Shown here in pieces: positions 1 to 10,131 of a stretch of 64,000 nt of DNA. Made by a program: the position numbers and the translations under genes. Each line of letters begins with the position of its first letter. The first letter of the stretch is position 1. Source of the stretch: an uncultured archaeon (GTDB lineage: Archaea > Thermoproteota > Nitrososphaeria > Nitrososphaerales > Gagatemarchaeaceae). Below the pieces are notes generated by a model that saw only the letters and a program-made list of their open reading frames with translations, was not told the DNA's origin and made no database searches. The stretch covers positions 896,001-960,000 of the forward strand of contig CAWFOU010000007.1 of assembly GCA_963817525.1 (NCBI GenBank), written 5' to 3'.

Positions 1-1107
1 GTCAAGGCCGTCACCGAAGCTGGGATAGACCGCTTCGACATCCCGGACACCGTGGGGATCGCGACGCCCCAGAAGATGGCGGAGTACGTGCAGGCGGCGC
101 GCTCGGTCTCCGACGTGATGATCAGCGTCCACTGCCACAACGACTATGGGCTGGCGGTGGCGAACAGCCTGGCAGGCGTGGTCGCGGGAGCCGACCAGGC
201 CCACCTCACCATCAACGGCATCGGCGAGAGGTCGGGGAACACCTCGCTCGAGGAGTTCGTGATGGGGTGCTTCAACCTCTACGCGCTGAGGACGAACGTC
301 AACTACTCGCTGCTCTACGAGACCTCACGCCTCGTCTCGAGGCTGACGGGCGTCATCATACAGCCCAACAAGGCGATAATCGGGGACAACGCCTTCGGGC
401 ACGAGTCGGGGATCCACACCGCCGGGATCCTCAGCAACCCCTCGACCTACGAGCCGTTCGACCCCTCGATGGTGGGGAGGACGAGGTGGCTCCAGGCGGG
501 CAAGCACGCGGGTAGGCACGGCATCTCCTACCAGCTCCGCGGGATGGGGCTGAAGCCGAAGGAGGACAGCCTCAGGCTGATAGTCGAGAGGGTCAAGGAG
601 ATGGGCGACGAGGGCCGCACGATAACCGACAGCGACCTCTACCAGCTCGCCATCCAGATCATGGGCGGAGGCAAGGCGGAGTCCGCCGACATCGTCGAGC
701 TTGAGGGGCTTGAGGTGGTCACAGGGATAAAGCGCCTCCCGAGCGCGACGGTCAAGCTCCTGGTCAGGGGGCAGCTCCACGAGGCGACGGACGTCGGCTC
801 GGGGCCTGTGGACGCTGCGGTCAACGCCATCCAGAAGATCTTCAGCACCATCGACGTCATCAAGCTCAAGGAGTACAGGCTAGAGGCGCTCACGGGCGAC
901 TCCCAGGCCGTGGCCGACGTCTCGGTAAAGGTGGAGGACAGCGCGGGCCTCGCGGCCTCCGGAAGGGGGATGAAGAGGGACATCGTCGTCGCGAGCGTGG
1001 AGGCCATAGTGAGCGGGATCAACGCGCTCATGGCGAAGAAGCTCCAGTCCCAACCCTCGACCACCCTGGCTCCCCACGGAGAGCCTTCGGCGATGGAAGG
1101 GGTCTAG
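1..1107 (+). CDS. leuA: 2-isopropylmalate synthase (5'-truncated by window edge)
   Basis: Frame is open from base 1 ([19 protein letters not shown]). Has [15 protein letters not shown] and HESGIH motifs plus the C-terminal regulatory domain (GPVDA); first gene of the leu cluster. Confidence 0.9.
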   Translation, partial: VKAVTEAGIDRFDIPDTVGIATPQKMAEYVQAARSVSDVMISVHCHNDYGLAVANSLAGVVAGADQAHLTINGIGERSGNTSLEEFVMGCFNLYALRTNVNYSLLYETSRLVSRLTGVIIQPNKAIIGDNAFGHESGIHTAGILSNPSTYEPFDPSMVGRTRWLQAGKHAGRHGISYQLRGMGLKPKEDSLRLIVERVKEMGDEGRTITDSDLYQLAIQIMGGGKAESADIVELEGLEVVTGIKRLPSATVKLLVRGQLHEATDVGSGPVDAAVNAIQKIFSTIDVIKLKEYRLEALTGDSQAVADVSVKVEDSAGLAASGRGMKRDIVVASVEAIVSGINALMAKKLQSQPSTTLAPHGEPSAMEGV

Positions 1108-1109
1108 GC

Positions 1110-2438
1110 ATGACCGGCGCGACGATAACGGAGAAGATAGTCTCCCGTGCGATGGGGAGGAAGGCGAAGGCGGGCGACGTGATAGAGGCCCTCCCGATAG
1201 ACAAGCTCTACTTCAACGAGGTCATCGGGCCCCCGGCCATCCTCAACTTCGAGAAGGACTTCGAGGACGTCTATACAGAGTCTGGGAAGAAGATGCAGGT
1301 CTTCAACCCCTCGCGCATAGCGTTCATGCCGGACCACACGGTCCCCTCGTGCTCCATCAAGGTCAGCCAGGGCATACGCCTGATGGCGGACTTTGCAAAG
1401 GACCAGGGAATCGCCATGTACAAGGAGGGGGACGGCATCGAACACACCATCGCCTCCGAGGAGGCCTTCGTCCTCCCGGGGGAGATAGCGGTGGCCACGG
1501 ACTCGCACACGTGCACCCAGGGGGCGCTCGGCGCGCTCGCGTTCGGCATAGGGACGACCGAGGGCGAGAACCTCCTCGCGACCGGCGAGCTCTACTCCTT
1601 CACGGTCCCGGAGACCATCAAGTTCAAGGTGAGCGGCAAGTTCCAGAGGGGGGTCTACGCCAAGGACCTCGTCCTCCACGTACTAGGGATGATGGGGGAG
1701 GGCGGGGCCTCCAAGCGGGTCGCGGAGTACACCGGCCCGACCATCGATTCCCTCGACATGGAGGGAAGGTTCACCATCTGCAACCTCTCGGTCGAGATGA
1801 GCTCGCGGACCGCGATAATCAACCCGGACGCCAAGACGCTCGCCTACGTCAACGAGGCGCTCTCCCGGAGGAAGATGACGATGACCGACGAGATGCAAGG
1901 GATGATAGCGAGGAGCGACCCCGACGCCACCTACTCGAGGACGGTCGAGGTCGACGCCTCCGTCATCGAGCCCACCGTCTCGCTCCCCCACTCTCCGGCG
2001 AACGCAAAGCCCGTGAGCCAGGTGAGCGACCCCATCAGCTCGGTCTTCCTCGGCTCGTGCGCCAACGCCCGCGAGGCCGACCTGATAATCGCGGCCAAGA
2101 TACTGAAGGGAAGGAAGGTTAGCCCGGACACCAACCTCCTGGTCATCCCGGCAAGCAGGCGGGTCTACAACTGGGCGATGGACAACGGCCTCCTCAAGAT
2201 ATTCGCCGACGCCGGCGCCAACATCGAGTCCTCCAACTGCGGCCCCTGCTTCGGGAAGCACATGGGGATACTCGGACCCGGCGACAGGTGCCTGAGCACG
2301 AGCAACCGCAACTACAAGGGCAGGATGGGCTCCCCGGAGGCGTTCATCTACCTCGGCTCCCCCGCCTTGGCCGCCGCCACGGCGATCGAGGGGAGGATAG
2401 CCGACCCCAGGAAGTACCTCCCCGCCGGAGAGAACTAG
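1110..2438 (+). CDS. leuC: 3-isopropylmalate dehydratase large subunit
   Basis: Aconitase-family motifs DSHTCT, GSCAN, CGPCFG and STSNRNYKGRMG; operon context. Confidence 0.92.
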   Translation: MTGATITEKIVSRAMGRKAKAGDVIEALPIDKLYFNEVIGPPAILNFEKDFEDVYTESGKKMQVFNPSRIAFMPDHTVPSCSIKVSQGIRLMADFAKDQGIAMYKEGDGIEHTIASEEAFVLPGEIAVATDSHTCTQGALGALAFGIGTTEGENLLATGELYSFTVPETIKFKVSGKFQRGVYAKDLVLHVLGMMGEGGASKRVAEYTGPTIDSLDMEGRFTICNLSVEMSSRTAIINPDAKTLAYVNEALSRRKMTMTDEMQGMIARSDPDATYSRTVEVDASVIEPTVSLPHSPANAKPVSQVSDPISSVFLGSCANAREADLIIAAKILKGRKVSPDTNLLVIPASRRVYNWAMDNGLLKIFADAGANIESSNCGPCFGKHMGILGPGDRCLSTSNRNYKGRMGSPEAFIYLGSPALAAATAIEGRIADPRKYLPAGEN

Positions 2439-2439
2439 C

Positions 2440-2976
2440 ATGCAGATCCGGGGAAAAGTCGCAAAGAAGTTCGGGGAAGACATCAACACCGACTACATCA
2501 TCCCCGCCTACCTCCTGCAGGAGAGCTGGGACAAGCAGTTCTTCGCTGACCACGCCTTCGAGGGCTACGACCCCACGTTCGGCCCGGCGTGCAGGGCGAA
2601 CAAGCACAGCATCGTGGTCGCCGCCAACAACTTCGGCTGCGGCAGCTCGAGGGAGCAGGCGGTCTACTCGATAAAGTACAACAACGTGGTCGCGGTGGTC
2701 GCCCAGAGCTTCCCCGACATATTCTTCCGCAACTGCCTGAACAACGGGCTGCTCCCCATCCAGGTGAGCGACACGAGCAAGATCTTCCTCGGGGACGAGC
2801 TCGAGGTGGACCTCCAGTCACGCAGGCTTACGGACATCACTACCGCGCTCCACTACCCGATACTAGCCACCGACGAGGCGATAGAGGCCATGAAGAGGGG
2901 CGGGTCACTCGGCTTCGTCAGGGATAGGCTCCGGCAGAAGCTAAAAGCACAGCCGATGAAGGCCTCGTCCCAGTAG
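2440..2976 (+). CDS. leuD: 3-isopropylmalate dehydratase small subunit
   Basis: DINTDYIIP, NFGCGSSREQA and IFFRNCLNNG motifs. Confidence 0.92.
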   Translation: MQIRGKVAKKFGEDINTDYIIPAYLLQESWDKQFFADHAFEGYDPTFGPACRANKHSIVVAANNFGCGSSREQAVYSIKYNNVVAVVAQSFPDIFFRNCLNNGLLPIQVSDTSKIFLGDELEVDLQSRRLTDITTALHYPILATDEAIEAMKRGGSLGFVRDRLRQKLKAQPMKASSQ

Positions 2977-2980
2977 ACGC

Positions 2981-4016
<1,036 letters not shown>

Positions 4017-4100
4017 CGTCTCAAAAGGCGTAATACTCTCATGGCGATCATTGGGCTGTCAGAGGTATTTAGGGTTCTGTTCCGTTGATTAGGTGGCCGC

Positions 4101-5284
4101 TCATGCTGTTCCACTCTGGGTGGTGAGCGCCTTGGTGAGCAGGGCGAGCCACTTCTGCTCTCCCTGAACCCCGATTCCCGCCGCGTCTGCGGGGGTCTGG
4201 CCTTCTAAGGCCTCATGGGGCTTTACGAAGTTGTAGTGAATCCTTTGGCCTTCCGCGAGGGTTGTCTTCATGGACTTCCATCCCCTCTGAACCTTGATTG
4301 CTCCCGAAGTGTGCCGTTCATCCTCTCCACTCGGTTGTTGTTGGCGTGAGGCTTGCCGACTCCCATCCTCGCCACTAACTCAGGCTTCGCGGTCTCCCCT
4401 TCCCAATAGCTCAAGGCCTGTGGGTAGGCGCTCAGGCCGTCTGCGAATATCTTCTCAGGCTCGCTCCCGTTGGCGTTCCTTCGGGCCTCGTTGAAGACGG
4501 CGACCGCGCCGTTCACGTTCCTGTGCTGGGAGAGGCGAGACGCGAGCAGGAACCGCGTCTTCCTGTCCATCACGTTCCAGAGGTAGGCCATGCCCTTCAT
4601 CGTCTTCCGCTCCATCCCGCCCTTGGCTGTCTCTCCGCCCCTCATCTTCACGAAGACCTCATCCGCCTGCCATGTCTCGGAAAGCTGTGGAGTGAGGCTG
4701 TTCACATACTCGGAAATCTTCGGCACGAAGGTTTCAATCCACCGATAGATTGAGGTCGCGCCCATCTCCGTCCCGAATTGGCTGTTCACCGTGCGGGCAA
4801 TCTTGCGAAGGCTCATGCCTGAAAAGTAGAGGTCGAGGGTGAGGCTCACCACTTCGGGTGTGTATCTCGACCCCCTGATTAGGGCCTGCTCTCTGAACCT
4901 GTGGCCGCAATCGTTGCACTTGAAGGCCTGCTTGCCGTGCGAGCTACCGAACCTTATCACTCGGATTGAGCCGCACTTGCCGCATTGGATTGCGTCGTCA
5001 GAGAAGACCTTCGGCTTTGGAGCCTGCTTGATTTCGACCCTCGCGGCAATCCAGAGTTTGACCGCGAGCGCATGCTTGCAGGCCTCTATCTGGTCTGCTC
5101 GGTTCTCAAAGTCTGGGCATGAGCAGACCCACGATGTTCCGAGTAGTCTGACTTCGTAGGTTCGCCCTTCATTGCTTTGGGATGGGACGCTGAAAGACCC
5201 GTCTGCGTTCTCCGCTATTCTGTTCTCCTCACAGATTGCGAGCGCCTTCATCTTCCGAGATTCCACCGCGTTTGTTGGGGACAT
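4101..5284 (-). CDS. IS6/IS240-type DDE transposase with N-terminal SWIM finger and Zn ribbon; one frameshift near 4300
   Basis: CSCPDF..CKH (SWIM), CGKC..CNDC, WQADE, FADG and NNRVERMNGTLR. Adding one base at gag-caa restores ..IKVQRGWK...HYNFVKPHEALEGQTPA.. ending at a stop at 4101. Confidence 0.85.
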
Positions 5285-5286
5285 GT

Positions 5287-5354
5287 TAGGCGCCTACCTA
5301 TTAGGCGCCTACTATTATAAACCTTTAGGCGCCTAATGCTTATATGGGCGCCTA
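5287..5354. promoter_or_regulatory. Divergent promoter region with four TAGGCGCCTA palindromes
   Basis: TAGGCGCCTA at 5287-5296, 5302-5311 and 5326-5335, and TGGGCGCCTA at 5345-5354. They flank TATA-like TTATAAA (5315-5321) and CTTATAT (5339-5345). Confidence 0.75.
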
Positions 5355-5368
5355 ACGAACCTGAGCGC

Positions 5369-5551
5369 ATGCGGTTGCAGAAGCACGGCTCAAGGACGGT
5401 GAAGGGGAAAGAATATTTCAAGTGGACTGTCGTCATTCCACCCGAAGAAGTCGAGGGATTGGGCTGGAAGGAAGGCGAGGAATTGGAACCGAAACGGGAA
5501 GGCAAGAGCCTCGTCATCCGAGAGAAGAGCGGCAAGTCAGTCAAGCCTTAG
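5369..5551 (+). CDS. AbrB/MazE/SpoVT-type small DNA-binding protein
   Basis: KWTVVIPPEEVEGLGWKEGEELE swapped-hairpin pattern; the ATG at 5369 lies about 25 bp after a TATA-like box. Confidence 0.75.
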   Translation: MRLQKHGSRTVKGKEYFKWTVVIPPEEVEGLGWKEGEELEPKREGKSLVIREKSGKSVKP

Positions 5552-6328
5552 ACTCTTCACAATGTCGAGAAGGTCGAACTGGTCCAACATGTATTTGGCC
5601 ATCGGAGAGGACATCTCGTTGATTGCATTCTGAACGAACTCGCTCAGATGGGAATGGTCGGGTGATTGAAAGACGGGATTCTGCGCCCAGATTCCCTCGA
5701 CGTTCTTAGCGGTGATTACTTGGATGTCTCTGCCGCGAGTCCAAGGGTCGATGACAGAGGCTTCATCGAGCAACAGCCAGATTAGTTGTCTAATCGTATG
5801 GCTGGAAAACCGAGCCCAGCTTTGGTCTATCCCTGCTCTGAACATGAACTTCTCTAATGCTTTGAGATAGACAGTCGCGACATCGCCGCCACTCCCTATG
5901 GCCGCCCTCATTGGCGCAAGTTCCATCTCGATGAGGTGGTCGGGCGGCTGGAATTGAAAGAGTTGGTGATGGGACATTCCTGCCACTTCGGCTCCGGTCG
6001 CGAGGATTCCCTGTGGTAGCATGTCCCCAGAAAGGTTCAGGCATTGGCTCTTGAGTTTCTTCTTTAGATAATCATTGTAGGAATCCAGAGCGTCGGATAG
6101 GTTCTCCTCGTAACCCTTTGTGGGATTGTCAAGTAATGCGCGTTTGATTCGCCGATACAGAGAGGCCTCGTAGAACGGCACGCCAGCGAACCCAAACATC
6201 TCAATCCGCCCCGTTGCTGAACTGAATAGCTTGAGCTTAGGGACGAACTCTCTTGCCGTGCCCGTCCTTTGCAAATCGGAACCGATAACCAGACCGTCGC
6301 TCGCCTGCATCGCGATGACTGTCGTCAT
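5537..6328 (-). CDS. Proteasome-beta-like Ntn-hydrolase (IS passenger)
   Basis: A start at 6328 gives M-TTVIAMQASDGLVIGSD (Thr1, Asp17), then FVPKL, FAG, AIGSGG and DPWTRG. Confidence 0.75.
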   Translation of the reverse strand: MTTVIAMQASDGLVIGSDLQRTGTAREFVPKLKLFSSATGRIEMFGFAGVPFYEASLYRRIKRALLDNPTKGYEENLSDALDSYNDYLKKKLKSQCLNLSGDMLPQGILATGAEVAGMSHHQLFQFQPPDHLIEMELAPMRAAIGSGGDVATVYLKALEKFMFRAGIDQSWARFSSHTIRQLIWLLLDEASVIDPWTRGRDIQVITAKNVEGIWAQNPVFQSPDHSHLSEFVQNAINEMSSPMAKYMLDQFDLLDIVKSLRLD

Positions 6329-6563
6329 CGCCCTTTCCGCCTCTCTTAGGCTCCTAAAAGGATTGGGATTGGGAAATGGGTTCGCGAGTCTCCATTCAGG
6401 GCCGAAGATTTCGGGCTTAACAAAGCCCCAGCCCGCCACCCCCCTTTGAACGGGGCTTTCCCTACGGAATCAACGGTAACAGAACGTATTTAGGCGCCGA
6501 TAAGTAAATAGCCAAGTAAAGGTAATACATTATTCTTCGGAGCGAGCGGGAGAGACAATAGCG

Positions 6564-7511
6564 TTGCAGCCCACCAAGAAGATCTGGTTCGACGGGGCAT
6601 TCGTCCCCTGGGAGGACGCCAAGGTGCACGTCCTCACTCACGCGTTACACTACGGCTACGCCATATTCGAAGGGATCAGGGCGAACTCGACCCCCAAGGG
6701 CCCGGCGATATTCCGCCTCCGGGAGCACATCAAGCGCCTGATGAACGGCACGAAGGTGTACAGGATGATGCTCCCGTTCACCGAGGAACAGCTCGTCCAG
6801 GGCTGCCTCGACCTCGTCAAAGTAAACGGCCTCAACGATTGCTACATCCGCCCGATCGTATACAGCTCCTACGGGGAGATGGGCGTCAACCCGATGAAGA
6901 ACAAGATCTCGGGCGCCATCGCCGCGTGGGAGTGGGGCTCATACCTCGGCGACGAGGGGATGGAGAAGGGCATCCGCGCCACCATCTCGAGCTGGTCGAG
7001 GATAGACCCTAGGACGCTCCCGCCGCACGCAAAGTGCTCCGCGAACTATGCGAACTCGATACTCGCCAAGATGGACGCGCTCTCCGCCGGCTTCGACGAG
7101 GCGATATTGCTGACCACCGGCGGGCTGGTGGGTGAGGGCACTGGGGAGAACATCTTCCGAATCAGGGACGGAGTCCTGACCACGCCCACAAAGTCCGCCG
7201 GCGTCCTAGAAGGCATCACGAGGGACTCGGTCATCCAGATAGCCAAGGACAACGGCATCCCGTTCAAGGAGGAGGACTTCCTCCGCGAGGACATATTCGC
7301 CGCTGACGAGCTATTCCTGTGCGGGACGGCCGCGAACGTCACCCCGATCAGGGAGGTGGATAACAGGGTGATAGGCAACGGCAAGTACCCTGTGACGAAG
7401 AAGATCCAGCAGACATACCTCGACGCGATACACGGGAAGATATCCAAGTACGAGCCCTGGCTCTCATACGCGAGCACCCCCACGATCTACAACACCGCCG
7501 AAAAGACCTAG
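6564..7511 (+). CDS. ilvE: Branched-chain amino acid aminotransferase
   Basis: HALHYG..FEGIR, CYIRP, AKCSANY, EGTGEN, LEGITR and GTAA motifs. Confidence 0.95.
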   Translation: MQPTKKIWFDGAFVPWEDAKVHVLTHALHYGYAIFEGIRANSTPKGPAIFRLREHIKRLMNGTKVYRMMLPFTEEQLVQGCLDLVKVNGLNDCYIRPIVYSSYGEMGVNPMKNKISGAIAAWEWGSYLGDEGMEKGIRATISSWSRIDPRTLPPHAKCSANYANSILAKMDALSAGFDEAILLTTGGLVGEGTGENIFRIRDGVLTTPTKSAGVLEGITRDSVIQIAKDNGIPFKEEDFLREDIFAADELFLCGTAANVTPIREVDNRVIGNGKYPVTKKIQQTYLDAIHGKISKYEPWLSYASTPTIYNTAEKT

Positions 7512-7576
7512 AAGCCGCGCCTATGGGCGGTCAAATAGGCCAACATAGTTTATAGCCGAGAGCTGATGGAAGGATC

Positions 7577-7888
7577 GTGGTAGGCGTGGTGAAGGACTTG
7601 GCATCCGAGCCCATCTCCAAGGGCGTCGAGAAAATTGCCTCAAGAAAGAACCTGACCTCCCAGGGCCTGACCGTACTTCTCTTCCACGAGCAGAGCAAGA
7701 GCATGTCGAAGATGGAAAAGGGAATAGAGAGATTGGAGAAGGGAATAGAGAAATTGGAGAAGGGCGTGGACGGAATAGTCGGCGAGCTGGGGGAGTTGAG
7801 GCGTGAAGTCGTTCCACTCTTGAGTCAGGCAAGAGACATCGCAGACATCCGGGCAAGAGTGGAACGGATAGAGGCCAAGGTTAGCTAG
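7577..7888 (+). CDS. Small coiled-coil hypothetical protein
   Basis: Heptad repeat (MEKGIERLEKGIEKLEKG) encoded by a 21-bp tandem repeat; start codon uncertain. Confidence 0.55.
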   Translation: MVGVVKDLASEPISKGVEKIASRKNLTSQGLTVLLFHEQSKSMSKMEKGIERLEKGIEKLEKGVDGIVGELGELRREVVPLLSQARDIADIRARVERIEAKVS

Positions 7889-8029
7889 AACCTAGCTTCC
7901 CCGTTCGTCGTCCCCTCCCGTCCTTCCTCCGTTACCTGTTATGATGCCAGATGAACGGGTCGGAAACGGTTGGCCTGATGTTCTCAGGCAAGGTTTAAGC
8001 GATTCAATTTCTGCGCCGCAAACGGTAAC

Positions 8030-9433
8030 TTGACGCGGGACGCCGATGTAGTAGTAATTGGCGGCGGGCCAGGAGGCTACGTGTGCGCAATCAGGAGCGC
8101 CCAATTGGGTTTGAAGACGATTCTCATCGAAAGGGAACAGTTAGGTGGCATTTGTATTTCGAGCGGTTGCATCCCCTCCAAGGCGCTCATCTCCATGACC
8201 AAACTATACGAGAAGGCGAAAGAGGGGGCAGCTTTCGGGATTATCGCGGACGGAATCAGAGTTGATTTGCCCGCTCTCCAGAAATGGAAAGCCGGGGTCG
8301 TCGCGACCCTTGAGGCCGGGGTCGCCACCCTATGTCGCGGGAACAAGGTGCAGGTCATCGAGGGGAGTGCAGAGGTCATTGACGCAAAGAAGGTCAAAGT
8401 GATGACGAGCTCGGGGACAGAAGAAATCACCACGAAGAACCTCGTCATAGCCACTGGCTCGAAGGCGATATCGCTTCAGGGGGCCGAGTTCGACGGGAGG
8501 TTAATCCTCAGTTCGACCGAGGCTTTGGCTCTTGAGAAGCTGCCCGAGAGCATGTTGGTGATTGGTGGCGGCTACATAGGGCTCGAACTAGCGACGGTCT
8601 ACCGGAAGCTCGGCAGCAAGGTCACGATAGTGGAGCTCACCGACCAGTTGCTCCCTGGCACGGAGCCAGACCTGGTCAGGCTCCCACAGAGGAACCTGGA
8701 GAAGCGGGGCGCGAAGATACTGCTAAAGTCGAAGGTCGTCTCGCTCGAAAAGAGGCCAGGAGGGGTCAAGGCCCAAGTCTCCACCCCCACCGGGGAGGTC
8801 GTCGTGGAGGCGAGCGTCGTCCTCGTGAGCGTTGGTAGGGCGCCGCTGACCGCCGAGATGAACCTCGTCGGCATCGGGGTGAATACCGACGCCAAGGGCT
8901 ACATCGTCACCGACGAGCGGATGAAGACCAGCGCGGAGGGTGTCTACGCCATCGGGGACGTCCGCGGGCAGCCGCTCCTCGCCCACAAGGCGATGAAGGA
9001 GGGGGCCGTGGCTGCGGAGGTGATGGCTGGCCTGCCCAGCGCCGCCGACTGGAAGACCGTCCCCTGGGCGATCTTCACCGACCCGGAGATCGCCGGAGTC
9101 GGGCTCACGGAGAAGGCCGCCGTGGAAGCCGGGCTCGAGGTGAAGAGGAGCAGGTTCTCCTTCGGCGCCCTGGGGCGGGCGCTCGCCTCCGCGGAGGCTG
9201 AGGGCTACGTCAGGATCGTCTCAGACGCGAAGACCGGCCTGGTGCTCGGGGTGCAGATAGTAGGGCCCGACGCCTCCAACCTCATCAGCGAGGCGGCCCT
9301 GGCCATAGAGATGGGCGCCACGGTCGACGACATCGCGCTCACCATCCACCCCCACCCCACCCTCCCCGAGGCCATCATGGAGGCAGCGGAGGTGGCGGCC
9401 GGAAGGCCAATCCACCAGATGAAGGGGCTGTAG
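8030..9433 (+). CDS. lpdA: Dihydrolipoyl dehydrogenase
   Basis: GGGPGGY, redox-active GGICISSGCIPSK, GGGYIGLE and HPHPTLPE. Confidence 0.95.
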   Translation: MTRDADVVVIGGGPGGYVCAIRSAQLGLKTILIEREQLGGICISSGCIPSKALISMTKLYEKAKEGAAFGIIADGIRVDLPALQKWKAGVVATLEAGVATLCRGNKVQVIEGSAEVIDAKKVKVMTSSGTEEITTKNLVIATGSKAISLQGAEFDGRLILSSTEALALEKLPESMLVIGGGYIGLELATVYRKLGSKVTIVELTDQLLPGTEPDLVRLPQRNLEKRGAKILLKSKVVSLEKRPGGVKAQVSTPTGEVVVEASVVLVSVGRAPLTAEMNLVGIGVNTDAKGYIVTDERMKTSAEGVYAIGDVRGQPLLAHKAMKEGAVAAEVMAGLPSAADWKTVPWAIFTDPEIAGVGLTEKAAVEAGLEVKRSRFSFGALGRALASAEAEGYVRIVSDAKTGLVLGVQIVGPDASNLISEAALAIEMGATVDDIALTIHPHPTLPEAIMEAAEVAAGRPIHQMKGL

Positions 9434-10093
9434 ATGCCCATGCTCCTCTCGCTCCTCGACCGCGGAAGGGAGCCTTACCAGGCCACCTGGGAGCTCCAGA
9501 AGGATCTGGTTAGGCGCAGGACCGAGGGCGAGACCGACGTGGACGCCCTGATCCTTGTCGAGCACGACCACGTCATCACGCTCGGGAGGAAGACCACCCC
9601 TGAGAACTTCAAGCCCCAGGACATCCCCGTCTTCCAGGTCGAGAGGGGCGGAGACGCCACCTACCACGGCCCGGGGCAGCTCGTGGGCTACCCCATAGTC
9701 AGGCTAGCCACGCCCAACGTCCAGCGATTCGTCCGCGACCTCGAGGAGGTCCTGATCCAGGCGACGCATGCGTTCGACGTCGAGTCCGTCAGGGTCGAGG
9801 GCCACCCGGGGGTCTGGGTGGCAGGCCGGAAGGTCGCCTCCATCGGCGTCGCGGTGACCAACTGGGTCACATTCCACGGCTTCGCCCTCAACGTCAACAC
9901 AGACCTCTCCTACTTCGGCCTTATCAAGCCCTGCGGCCTGGACCCCGAGAAGATAACGTCGATGCAGCGTGTGCTCGGAAGAGAGGTGCCCTTCGAGGAC
10001 GTCAAGAACGAGGTCGTCTCGAAGTTCGCGCAGGTGTTCGGCTACGAGGTCCAAAGCCCCGCGAGTCCAAAGCTGTCTCCACGTCAAGCCTGA
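9434..10093 (+). CDS. lipB: Lipoyl(octanoyl) transferase
   Basis: RGGDATYHGPGQLVGYP, KVASIG, HGFALNV and PCG. Confidence 0.93.
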   Translation: MPMLLSLLDRGREPYQATWELQKDLVRRRTEGETDVDALILVEHDHVITLGRKTTPENFKPQDIPVFQVERGGDATYHGPGQLVGYPIVRLATPNVQRFVRDLEEVLIQATHAFDVESVRVEGHPGVWVAGRKVASIGVAVTNWVTFHGFALNVNTDLSYFGLIKPCGLDPEKITSMQRVLGREVPFEDVKNEVVSKFAQVFGYEVQSPASPKLSPRQA

Positions 10094-10131
10094 GGAAAGA
10101 TTAAGAAGCCGAGCCAGAGGCGGAAATTTTC

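Larger units (their letters stand above)
4074..6485. mobile_element. IS6-like insertion sequence with passenger genes (2412 bp)
   Basis: Left end GTTCTGTT-CCGTTGATT (4074-4090). Right end reverse complement GTTCTGTTACCGTTGATT (6468-6485). Direct repeat GTATTTAGG at 4065-4073 and 6486-6494. Encodes a DDE transposase. Confidence 0.88.

Noticed and set aside
4295-4305. Transposase frameshift as programmed recoding
   Set aside because: There is no slippery site, it falls near the C-terminus, and the window has other indel errors. It cannot be told apart from error or recent inactivation.
7715-7765. 21-bp tandem repeat
   Set aside because: It simply encodes coiled-coil heptads.
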